A DNA stretch of 64,000 bases from Macrostomum lignano (lineage: Eukaryota): contig NIVC01003692.1 in the NCBI GenBank assembly GCA_002269645.1, positions 18,574 to 82,573 on the forward strand. The letters are read 5' to 3'. The notes under the pieces were generated by a model. That model worked only from the letters and a program-made list of their open reading frames with translations, ran no database searches and was not told where the DNA came from. This document shows positions 39,001-50,400 of the stretch, one piece after another; position 1 is the stretch's first letter, and each line of letters begins with the position of its first letter. A program made the position numbers and the translations under genes.

Positions 39001-42000
39001 CATCTCAGCAATGGGAGATTATACATACGGTACTAGAGGTACACAATAAGCAAAATCACGAGTGGCGTAGTAGGCAGATTTTTCCAATTTATTAAATGCA
39101 TTTTAGTGGTTAATGTTAAAGCAAGCAAGCTTATATCAAGCCACAGTCCCCTGCATTTCTCTACTCTATATTCACTCGATAGTCTATGGTACAGTTGGAA
39201 TCGCTCCATAGCGCTTCCTATGGCAGTGTCGATGTCGTTGTCGATGTCTATGGCCAAAACCTGCGCAGTCTAGGACGTTTTTGATTCGCTGAGACATCGT
39301 TAAACAATCGGCGTTAAACAACGCTTCAGCGTTAAACAATGCTTCTAGTCGAGTATGCTAAGCGATAGTGACAATAAGTCTATACATACGGTACGCTACG
39401 CGGCTTCAGCTTACGCAATTGCTGCCGAAAAGGATATGTATATATCGTTACATTGCAGGCGTTAGGATACCAAGGCTCACGGGGGGAGTTAAAGAAATTC
39501 TGTGGCTCAATCCTCATTAGGAATTGCTGAAATTTTTAATGTTGAGATGGAGGCTTACGAGGAAAAATTGCTGAAATGCTGTAGCTCATAAGGGTTGCTC
39601 AGATGCTTTGAGCCAAATAGACCCCGCATGCAAAGTCACAGTTAGAGCAGGGCGCGTAAGATGGCGCGCCGCAGAGCCTGGTAGCGAACAAAGTCCGCTC
39701 CGTTGACAGTGTCGGGCGCCCCAGCGTCGCACACCAGGCAGTCCACGTATGGATGGGTTCGGGACTGACCCCGCCTGAACGGGCCCTGCAAGGTGAGCAG
39801 TAGGACGTCCTGAACAGGTTGGGGGCAGTAGCCCTCGGCCCGGCCGGATCACGTGGCCCGCCAGTTGTAGTCGCCGCCAGCGCAGGATGGTGGACGGGCG
39901 CTGCAGCTTGGCCCGATCGAACAGGGCCTCGGTCCCGACGCTCTCGTCAGCTCGAAAGGCCGCACGGAGCAGCCCCGAGTGCGCCGAGTCCAGCTGCCGC
40001 TCTAGCGTAGCCGTCAGCGTAGCAATCCGAAGCGCTGCCCGACCGCCAGAGGGCTCGGCTGTGGCAGGCGGTGGTCGAAACTGTCCTGCTCTACAACGCC
40101 GAGACGTGTACGCTGACGACTTATAAAAACTTGCGAAAACATGTCAGTCAGTTTTGTGATGGTTAAACCGCAAAAAGCACCGAAACTAATAAAGCTTTGT
40201 TCATAAGACAAATTGCATCCGCTGAAAAGCAAGCAAACGATAAATTAATATTGATCACTATGATTACTGATATTATATTGTCACTAAAATACAAAGGAAA
40301 AAAACATTTTAAATGATTGTTTGATAAAAAGGACGGAATGTACTCCAATTTGTTTGTTTTTAAAGGAGTTCCCTGTTTCCATCCTAACCTTGTTTGAGCA
40401 GTTTAGAGTTTTATAATAATACCATGGCATGCGTCAACCTGATTCCTCCAGGTACTGCAAATTGTTCAATAGGGGTGGCCGGCTGGAAGAGCTTAAATGA
40501 GAAAGGCTCCGATTAATTACTGCTTTTCTGATATCTATCAGTAATTAGCACCTTTGCTAATGGCTTGATCTTATAAGCGATACTAAGATGGAAATGAGAA
40601 TTTTGACTTCTATTTATATACCATGTAAACATTTTACCGAGAGAATTTTTAAAAATATTTTTCCAGGTGCTGGTGAGTCTGGCAAGAGCACCATTATTAA
40701 ACAGATGAAGTGAGTTCGCGGTTTTGCTATTTGTTGGTCGGCTTTCTTGCTCGAACAAAACTTCAGATCATTGTGCACTTTGAATAATTGGGACCCAAGG
40801 TGGGACTTAGTAGAACGGCAAACTTTGCTTCTTAAAAATCTTAGAAAAGAAGTCTTTAATAGTCTTTAAATTTCTTCAATAATCTTTCTTCATTTATGGT
40901 CAAAAATGCATTTATGTAAAAAATTTACCTCAGTTGACCAAGTATTTTGCTATTTCGTTCCTTCTTTACTTTAGCCAGCTTTTGTTGACAGTCCATTGCT
41001 GCATGCCCTAAAAAGTTGCATGTGTACTGTAAAAAAAATGGTTAAGCAGTCAAACAGTAAACACCATCCAAAAATCGAGTCAGTCATCCAAAAAGCCAGT
41101 TTTTAAGATATTCTAGGAAACAAATTTTCTCTTCTAAACTTAATTCGTCTTCAAAAGAAAATTATAAGATGAGTTTATGATATTTAAAAAATAATTACCA
41201 ACTGCCGGAATGCCAGAATTATTCACGAGGGCGGCTTCACGGCCGAGGATAACCGGCTGTTTCGCCCGATCGTCTACAGCAATACCATCCAGTCCCTGGT
41301 GGCCATCCTGCGCGCTATGAGCACCCTGGCTATAGACTACTCTGACCAGGATAGGCTGGTGAGTGCGCTGTCGCGTGCTGTGGGTGTTTGCTGCGGTCTC
41401 TGTTGAAGTACTGCCGCTTTTCCAGATCCCCAGTTGCTAGGACAGCCTCCCAGATCCCCAGTTCTGTGCTGCCCTCCCAGATCCTCAGTTGCTAGGCCAG
41501 CCTCCCAGATCCCCAGTTGCTGGGCCAGCCTCCCAGATCCCCAGTTGCTAGGCCAGCCTCCCAGATCCCCAGTTGCTAGGCCAGCCTCCCAGATCCCCAG
41601 TTGCCAGGCCAGCCTCCCAGATTCCCAGTTGCTAGGCCAGCCTCCCAGATCCTCAGTTGCTAGGCCAGCCTCCCAGATCCTCAGTTGCTTGGCCAGCCTC
41701 CCAGATCCCCAGTTGCTAGGTCAGCCTCCCAGATCCTCAGCTGCTGGGCCAGCCTCCCAGATCCCCAGTTGCTAGGCCAGCCTCCCAGATCCTCAGTTGC
41801 TAGGCCAGCCTCCCAGATCCTCAGCTGCTGGGCCAGCCTCCCAGATCCCCAGTTGCTAGGCCAGCCTCCCAGATCCTCAGTTGCTAGGCCAGCCTCCCAG
41901 ATCCTCAGCTGCTGGGCCAGCCTCCCAGATCCCCAGTTGCTAGGCCAGCCTCCCAGATCCTCAGCTACTGGACCAGCCTCCCAGATCCTCAGCTACTGGA

Positions 42001-45000
42001 CCAGCCTCCCAGATCCACAGTTGCTGGGCCAGCCTTCCAGATCCCCAGTTGCTAGGCCAGCCTCCCAGATCCACAGTTGCTGGGCCAGCCTCCCAGATCC
42101 TCAGCTGCTGGGCCAGCCTCCCAGGATCCCCAGTTGCTGGGCCAGCCTTCCAGATCCTCAGTTGCTGGGCCACCCTCCCAGAGTGTCAGTTGCTGGGCCA
42201 CCCTCCCAGAGTGTCAGTTGCTGGCCCAGCCTCCCAGATCCTCAGCTGCTTTGCCAGCCTCGTAGATTCCCAGTTGCTACTTATATGCCTATATTATTCC
42301 TCAATCCTCACGCTTCCAGCTTACATTAAAATGTTAGCAGTCCAACGAACTGGCAGTTTTTCTTTCAGCGGCAGAATTCGCGATAATAACTCTTGATAAG
42401 ATTCGTGTGTATTTGCTGAATATTATTTGCCTCCTGCGACTGGCTACCTTATCTTTCATAAATCTTTTTGGTTTTTGAGTTTTTTTAATTTGAGATTTAT
42501 GGGTTTTAACCTATGCTTTGGTATTTAAACACTTTGCTGACTAGCCATATTAACTACTTATTAGAAGGTTCCAGGGCGCATTTACAAACAAACCAAATTT
42601 GATGAACTGACACCCAATATGGCGCCAATCCTTACACCCAATATGGCGCCAATCCTGACACCCAATATGGCGCCAATCCTGACACTCAATATGGCGCCAA
42701 TCCTGACACGCAATATGGCGCCAATCCCGACACCCAATATGGCGCCAATTCTGACACCCAATATGGCGCCAATCCCGACACCCAATATGGCGCCAATCCC
42801 GACATCCAATATGGCGCCAATCCCGACACCCAATATGGCGCCAATCCCGACACCCAATATGGCGCCAATCCCGACACCCAATATGGCGCTAATCCTTACA
42901 CCCAATATGGCGCCAATCCTGACACCCAATATGGCACAATCCTTACACCCAATATGGTGCTAATCCTGACACCCAATATGGCGCTAATCTTGACACCCAA
43001 TATGGCGCCAATCCTTGCACCAAATATGGCGCCTATAAGTCTACCTAAAAATAGGAGCAAATTTTAGCCCTAGGACTGAACCTTCGTTGCCGTGCCCTCT
43101 CCCTCTCCCTAGGCTGATGCTCAGATCGTCTTTGACGTAATCGGCCGTATGGCGGACGCCCAGCCGTTCAGCCCGCAGCTCCTGGTGGCTATGAAACGCC
43201 TCTGGGCCGACGGCGGTGTTCAAAGCTGCTTCCAACGGTCCAACGAGTACCAGTTAAACGATTCGGCCAAGTATTTTTTAGACGACCTTGACCGAATTGG
43301 CAGTCCCGGTTTTGCGCCCAATGAACAAGACATACTGCGGACTAGAGTGAAAACCACAGGCATTGTGGAGATTCATTTTACGTTTAAAAATGTCAACTTC
43401 AAGTGAGTGAACGCGACTGCTCAGGATTGACGAATGCTTTTATGGAAACCGCCTGTCCATAGATTACTGTCCGGTCTGAACCACAGATACTACGAGTGGA
43501 GTAATCAGATATGTCACTTGCTAATAAAGTCGTGAAAAAGTAGAGCGTCTACTCTGTTTCAGTAGTTTGTCTGCGCAGTGTCACTTAATTTCAATGTGGC
43601 ACTAAAATTTCCCTTCCTCGGGGCTTGCGGCCTCAGGAGCATATTGGGGTTAAGAAATAACACCAAGAATTTAACTCAATGTACGCAAGTGAACACAAGA
43701 CGGACAAGACTCATAGTAGGGGGCAGGCCTAATCTGGCTCAGCCAATGAGAGAGCAGTAAGGAGAGAGGTCAAAGTCAGACAGACGAAACTCAGCCTAGG
43801 GGGCAGGCCCAATCTAGCTCAGCCAATGAGAGAGCAGCAAGGAGAGAGGTCAAAGTCAGACAGACGAAACTCAGCCTAGGGGCAGGCCCAATCTAGCTCA
43901 GCCAATGAGAGAGCAGTAAGGACAGAGGTTAAAGTTATACACAAGCGGGCCAGTGGAAAGCCAAAAACTGTTTATCGGCCTGGCTGGGGGCTGAAGCTTC
44001 CGTCTCAAATTATTTTCTTTTCCTAAAGTCGGTAAAACAGGCTAACCATGCTGTATATAGAAAAAGGCAATTTTCGCGACTTGAAAACTTTAATTTTAAT
44101 ATTTTCATTTTTCATTTTAGTATTATAAACGCAAAAAACGCTAATCTTGCTACTGAAAACAGTAAATCGGCGCATTTTTCGACTTAAAAATAAGACTATG
44201 TATTCTAATAAAAACATTTTTTGCTGACGAGAGTAAAAAATCTTAGCAAATAGGAAACAAATAAACCTGGCATGTCGACCGGAAGCCAGTGGGAAGGCAA
44301 CAAGGCATACAATTTATCTGAACCTAAGCAGGTATATTTTAAGATACAAATTATTTTAGCCTCGTCGAATGATCTAACTCTGGACCTTATAGGCCATTTT
44401 TTCGAGTCTATACTATAAGCTTGTTATGTAATTTACAAATTAATGCTTTTTACTACTAATGTTTTACGTAACTAGTAGTTTAGTCGCATATGTTTTTACT
44501 CTGTTGAATTTTTAAAAAATTCCAGACTTTTCGACGTTGGCGGTCAGCGTTCGGAGCGCAAAAAGTGGATGCACTGCTTCGAGGAAGTCACCGCCATCAT
44601 TTTCTGCGTGGCCATGAGCGAGTACGACCAGCTGCTGCACGAGGACGAATCCACCGTGAGTGCATCCGGGTCGGGCACTTACTACAGTAGCCAACACTCT
44701 ACAAATTTCTATATTAACCTTCCCCTACCTAAAATTACTTTGGCAGAATCGTATGCAAGAGTCGCTGAAACTTTTCGACAGCATCTGCAACAACAAGTGG
44801 TTCGTACGAACCTCCATCATTCTATTTCTAAACAAGAAGGACCTATTTGCAGCTAAAATTGTTCGCTCTCCGATTAATATCTGCTTCCCCGAGTATACTG
44901 GTGGGTCTTTGCGTCATTAGTATTCCTGTTTTTCGATACATATCGGCTAATGCAGTTTTCCTATTTAGATACATATCGGCAAGAACAAACTAGCTTTTTT

Positions 45001-45793
45001 ATTTATCGATACATATCGGCAAGAACAAACTAGCTTTTTTATTTTATCGATACATATTGGCAAGAACAAACTAGCTTTTTTATTTTATCGATACATATCG
45101 GCAAGAATAAACTAGCTTTTTTATTTTATCGATACATATCGGCAAGAATAAACTAGCTTTCTTATTTTATGGATACATATCGGCAGGAACAGGCTGTAGT
45201 TTTTTATTTTATTGATGCATATCGGCAAGAACAAACTTGCTTTTTTATTTTATCGATACATATTGGCAAGAACAAACTAGCTTTTTTATTTTATCGATAC
45301 ATATCGGCAAGAATAAACTAGCTTTCTTATTTTATGGATACATATCGGCAGGAACAGGCTGTAGTTTTTTATTTTATTGATGCATATCGGCAAGAACAAA
45401 CTTGCTTTTTTATTTTATCGATACATATTGGCAAGAACAAACTAGCTTTTTTATTTTATCGATACATATTGGCAAGAACAAACTAGCTTTTTTATTTTAT
45501 CGATACATATCGGCAAGAATAAACTAGCTTTCTTATTTTATCGATACATATCGGCAGGAACAGGCTGTAGTTTTTTATATTATCGATACATATCGGCTAT
45601 TGCAGGCAATCAAGAGTACAACGAGGCTGCCGCCTATATCCAGGCCCAGTTTGACGCCAAGAACAAATCCATTAACAAGGAAGTGTATTGCCACCAGACC
45701 TGCGCCACTGACACAGGCAACATTGAGTTCGTGTTCGACTCGGTCACGGATGTGGTCATTGCCAATAACTTGCGCCGCTGCGGTCTCTACTAA
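36002..45793 (+). CDS. GNAO1: Heterotrimeric G protein alpha subunit, G-alpha-o/i class, 7 exons, 354 aa
   Basis: Exons 36002-36119, 40667-40709, 41217-41358, 43113-43402, 44526-44655, 44747-44900 and 45606-45793 (1065 nt). Motifs [49 protein letters not shown], and C-terminus NNLRRCGLY. Confidence 0.95.
36873..37072 (+). mobile_element. Possible short non-autonomous Helitron-like relic
   Basis: TCCAATATACTAAAAATGGTCTGTCTG..AAAAATGGCTGGACCGATTT resembles invertebrate Helitron 5' ends, and it ends in CTAG. The hairpin is weak and the A|T target is not seen. Confidence 0.28.
38006..38215 (-). pseudogene. Fragment of a Crypton/DUF3504-type tyrosine recombinase N-terminal region
   Basis: Translates to [61 protein letters not shown]. 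The L..FY..+RK.DG..Y.P.SL...RAAI.RHL signature is typical of Crypton/ZMYM/KCTD1-type DUF3504 proteins. Absent from the ORF track (58 aa before the stop). Confidence 0.7.
38220..39010. repeat. 23-bp minisatellite (AGCATCTCAGCAATGAKGAATGT)n, interrupted by a solo LTR
   Basis: Direct reading. Confidence 0.93.
38683..38977. mobile_element. Solo LTR, 295 bp
   Basis: TGTAGGGA...TCACTACA termini (TG..CA, short inverted ends) with 4-bp TSD CATC at 38679-38682 and 38978-38981, inside the minisatellite. Confidence 0.7.
39590..40118 (-). mobile_element. 3' fragment of an RTE-like non-LTR retrotransposon with an inverted 5' segment
   Basis: The minus strand from 40020 down reads [51 protein letters not shown]. 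The plus strand 40021-40118 reads the immediately upstream part, [23 protein letters not shown]. Confidence 0.8.
41425..42280. repeat. Reverse-complement copy of the OSBP-intron 28-bp minisatellite in G-alpha intron 3
   Basis: Unit TCCCAGATCCYCAGTTGCTRGGCCAGCC. Confidence 0.95.
42610..43035. repeat. 24-bp minisatellite (CCCAATATGGCGCCAATCCYGACA)n
   Basis: Direct reading. Confidence 0.95.
43718..43935. repeat. About 80-bp tandem triplication in G-alpha intron 4
   Basis: GGGCAGGCC starts recur at 43721, 43801 and 43880. Confidence 0.9.
44935..45597. repeat. About 41-bp minisatellite in G-alpha intron 6
   Basis: Unit ATCGATACATATCGGCAAGAACAAACTAGCTTTTTTATTTT. Confidence 0.93.
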
Positions 45794-46319
45794 TGGCGCC
45801 AATCACTCCTATTATATTCCTACTACTTTAAGTAGCTTGCCAGTTGCTTACTGTATAATATAATGTTGTCCAATTGTCTCAATTATATGGATAGCTTTTA
45901 TCGTTGAGATTTTTTATTAAAATAAAAAAGGTTTATGCTGAACTATCTAGTCATATCTAGTCATATCCCCAATCTATCTAGTTATCTTTTTCCCTTGTTT
46001 TTTGTAATCTCGACATTGTGGACCGCTCCAATCTGCGAACATTCCCCGTCCGTAAAGTTATTCTCGATACATATCGGTTCGTGTTGTTTCTTTACAGAGT
46101 CTTGTTCTAGAGCTTTTAAAAATTGTAGACCCATAAATAACTGGTCACGCCATTCTCTATACGAAATTTTATATCCACTATGCTCTACTAGTCAGTAAGC
46201 ATTTAAGATTGCGTTTTCATGATCGTAAAAATACTGATTGGTGCACCGCGCCGAGCCTGAGGTCGGCAAACTTTTTTACCTCAAGTGGCCAGAAACAGAA
46301 CGCAACTTATGGCTGCGGG

Positions 46320-47130
46320 CCAGATGAGAGAGGAGAGGGGAGACGTGAGATGAGATAAGAAAAGATCTAAGAGGGGAGCAGATGAGGCAGAGTAAAAGGG
46401 AGAGGAAGGATGGGAGAGAAGAGAGGAGAGGAGAGAGAGGAGGGAGAGAAGAGAAGAGGGTATGAGAGGAGAGAGAAGAGAAAGAGGGTATGAGAGGGGA
46501 GAGAAGAGAAAGAGGGTATGAGAGGGGAGAGAAGAGAAAGAGGGTATGAGAGGGGAGAGAAGAGAAAGAAGGTATGAGAGGGGAGAGAAGAGAAAGAGGG
46601 TATGAGAGGGGAGAGAAGAGAAAGAGGGTATGAGAGGGGAGAGAAGAGAAAGAGGGTATGAGAGGGGAGAGAAGAGAAAGAGGGTATGAGAGGGGAGAGA
46701 AGAGAAATAGGGTATGAGAGGGGAGAGAAGAGAAGAGGGTATGAGAGGGGAGAAGAGAAGAGGGTATGAGAGGGAAGAAGAGAAGAGGGTATGAGAGGGG
46801 AGAGAAGACAAGAGGGTATGAGAGGGGAGAGAAGAGAAAGAGGGTATGAGAGGGGAGAGAAGAGAAGAGGGTATGAGAGGGGAGAGAAGACAAGAGGGTA
46901 TGAGAGGGGAGAGAAGAGAAGAGGGTATGAGAGGGGAGAAGAGAAGAGGGTATGAGAGGGAAGAAGAGAAGAGGGTATGAGAGGGGAGAGAAGACAAGAG
47001 GGTATGAGAGGGGAGAGAAGAGAAAGAGGGTATGAGAGGGGAGAGAAGAGAAGAGGGTATGAGAGGGGAGAGAAGAGAAGAGGGTATGAGAGGGGAGAAG
47101 AGAAGAGGGTATGAGAGGGGAGAGAAGAGT
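46320..47130. repeat. About 28-bp polypurine minisatellite (AGAGGGTATGAGAGGGGAGAGAAGAGAA)n
   Basis: Direct reading. Confidence 0.95.
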
Positions 47131-47499
47131 CAGATTGCTATTGTGAAGTTTTAAAGGACCCGAGGACCGGATGGAGAGGGTTAGAGAGTCGCTGGCCGAG
47201 GTTTGCCGACCCTATGCGCTAAGCATACTACTTGAATTAAATGTTCCAAAACAGAGCTTGAGTTGAAGATTTTAACAAAAATGTCATTTATTCAGTTTAC
47301 TGTGTTTTCCACTTGTGCGCTTTTGTAATTCTTGTGCCGAACTCTTTCTTGGTCCAAATATAAGTAAGTAGAGTGTTAACTCTGATTAATTCCATGATTT
47401 TGTTCAACTTGACCATCCTATTTTCAAGTTATTAGACAATTAAATCGGAATTTTTGCTCCTTAAACCAAGTCAAACCTTCGCATATCGTTAAAAAATCC

Positions 47500-50400
47500 C
47501 TAAACTTCCCCAATCCCATAAACTTCCCCAATCCCATAAACTTCCCCAATCCCATAAACTTCCCAAATCTCTAAACTTCCCCAATCCCATAAACTTCCCC
47601 AATCCCATAAACTTCCCCAACCCCCTAAACTTCCCCAACCCCCTAAACTTCCCCATCCCCCTAAACTTCCCAAATCTCTAAACTTCCCCAATCCCATAAA
47701 CTTCCCCAATCCCATAAACTTCCCCAATCCCATGAACTTCCCCAATCCCATAAACTTCCCCAATCCCATAAACTTCCCTAATGTCTAAGCTTCTCCAATC
47801 CCATAAACTTCCCCAATCCCATAAACTTCCCCAATGTCTAAACTTCCCCAATCCCATAAACTTCCCAATCCCATAAACTTCCCCAATCCCATAAACTTCC
47901 CCAATGTCTAAACTTCCCCAATCTCTAAACTTCCCCAATCCCATAAACTTCCCCAATCCCATAAACTTCCCCAATCCCATAAACTTCCCCAATCCCATAA
48001 ACTTCCCCAATCCCATAAACTTCCCCAATCTCTAAACTTCCCCAATCCCATAAACTTCCCCAATCCCATAAACTCCCCAATCCATAAACTTCCCCAATGT
48101 CTAAACTTCCCCAATCTCTAAACTTCCCCAATCCCATAAACTTCCCCAACCCCCTAAACTTCCCCATCCCCCTAAACTTCCCAAATCTCTAAACTTCCCC
48201 AATCCCATAAACTTCCCCAATCCCATAAACTTCCCCAATCCCATAAACTTCCCCAATCCCATAAACTTCCCTAATGTCTAAGCTTCTCCAATCCCATAAA
48301 CTTCCCCAATCCCATAAACTTCCCCAATGTCTAAACTTCCCCAATCCCATAAACTTCCCAATCCCATAAACTTCCCCAATGTCTAAACTTCCCCAATCCC
48401 ATAAACTTCCCAATCCCATAAACTTCCCCAATCCCATAAACTTCCCCAATGTCTAAACTTCCCCAATCTCTAAACTTCCCCAATCCCATAAACTTCCCCA
48501 ATCCCATAAACTTCCCCAATCCCATAAACTTCCCCAATCCCATAAACTTCCCCAATCCCATAAACTTCCCCAATCTCTAAACTTCCCCAATCTCTAAACT
48601 TCCCCAATCCCATAAACTTCCCCAATCCCATAAACTCCCCCAATCCATAAACTTCCCCAATGTCTAAACTTCCCCAATCCCATAAACTTCCCCAATCTCT
48701 AAACTTCCCCAATCCCATAAACTTCCCCAATCCCATAAACTTTCCCAATCCCATAAACTTCCCTAATGTCTAAACTTCCCCAATCCCATAAACTTCCCCA
48801 ATGTATAAACTTCCCCAATCCCATAAACTTCCCCAATCCCATAAACTCCCCCAATCCATAAACTTCCCCAATGTCTAAACTTCCCCAATCCCATAAACTT
48901 CCCCAATCTCATAAACTTCTCCAATCCCATAAACTCCCCAATCCATAAACTTCCCCAATGTCTAAACTTCCCCAATCCCATAAACTTTCCCAATCCCATA
49001 AACTTCCCCAATCCCATAAACTTCCCCAATCCCATAAACTTCCCTAATGTCTAAGCTTCTCCAATCCCATAAATTTCCCCAATCCCATAAACTTCCCCAA
49101 TGTCTAAACTTCCCCAATCCCATAAACTTCCCAATCCCATAAACTTCCCCAATCCCATAAACTTCCCCAATGTCTAAACTTCCCCAATCTCTAAACTTCC
49201 CCAATCCCATAAACTTCCCCAATCCCATAAACTTCCCCAATCTCTAAACTTCCCCAATCCCATAAACTTCCCCAATCCCATAAACTCCCCAATCCATAAA
49301 CTTCCCCAATGTCTAAACTTCCCCAATCCCATAAACTTCCCCAATGTATAAACTTCCCCAATCCCATAAACTTCCCCAATCCCATAAACTTTCCCAATCC
49401 CATAAACTTCCCTAATGTCTAAACTTCCCCAATCCCATAAACTTCCCCAATGTATAAACTTCCCCAATCCCATAAACTTCCCCAATCCCATAAACTCCCC
49501 CAATCCATAAACTTCCCCAATGTCTAAACTTCCCCAATCCCATAAACTTCCCCAATCTCATAAACTTCTCCAATCCCATAAACTCCCCCAATCCATAAAC
49601 TTCCCCAATGTCTAAACTTCCCCAATCCCATAAACTTCCCCAATCCCATAAACTTCCCCAATCCCATAAACTTCCCCAATGTCTAAACTTCCCCAATCCA
49701 TAAACTTCCCAATCCCATAAACTTCCCCAATCCCATAAACTTCCCCAATGTCTAAACTTCCCCAATCTCTAAACTTCCCCAATCCCATAAACTTCCCCAA
49801 TCCCATAAACTTCCCCAATCCCATAAACTTCCCCAATCCCATAAACTTCCCCAATCCCATAAACTTCCCCAATCTCTAAACTTCCCCAATCCCATAAACT
49901 CCCCCAATCCATAAACTTCCCCAATGTCTAAACTTCCCCAATCCCATAAACTTCCCCAATGTATAAACTTCCCCAATCCCATAAACTTCCCCAATCCCAT
50001 AAACTTTCCCAATCCCATAAACTTCCCTAATGTCTAAACTTCCCCAATCCCATAAACTTCCCCAATGTATAAACTTCCCCAATCCCATAAACTTCCCAAA
50101 TCCCATAAACTCCCCCAATCCATAAACTTCCCCAATGTCTAAACTTCCCCAATCCCATAAACTTCCCCAATCTCATAAACTTCTCCAATCCCATAAACTC
50201 CCCCAATCCACAAACTTCCCCAATGTCTAAACTTCCCCAATCCCATAAACTTCCCCAATCTCTAAACTTCCCCAATCCCATCAACTTCCCCAATCCCATA
50301 AACTTTCCCAATCCCATAAACTTCCCCAATGTCTAAACTTCCCCAATCCCATAAACTTCCCCAATCTCTAAACTTCCCCAATCCCATAAACTTCCCCAAT

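Larger units (their letters stand above)
37681..39452 (-). mobile_element. Crypton-like (tyrosine recombinase) non-autonomous element with about 50-bp inverted termini
   Basis: TGTAACGATATATACA..CGGCAGCAATTGCGTAAGCTGAAGCC at 37681 and its inverted copy at 39402-39452. No conventional TSD. An internal coding relic lies at 38006-38215. Confidence 0.65.
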
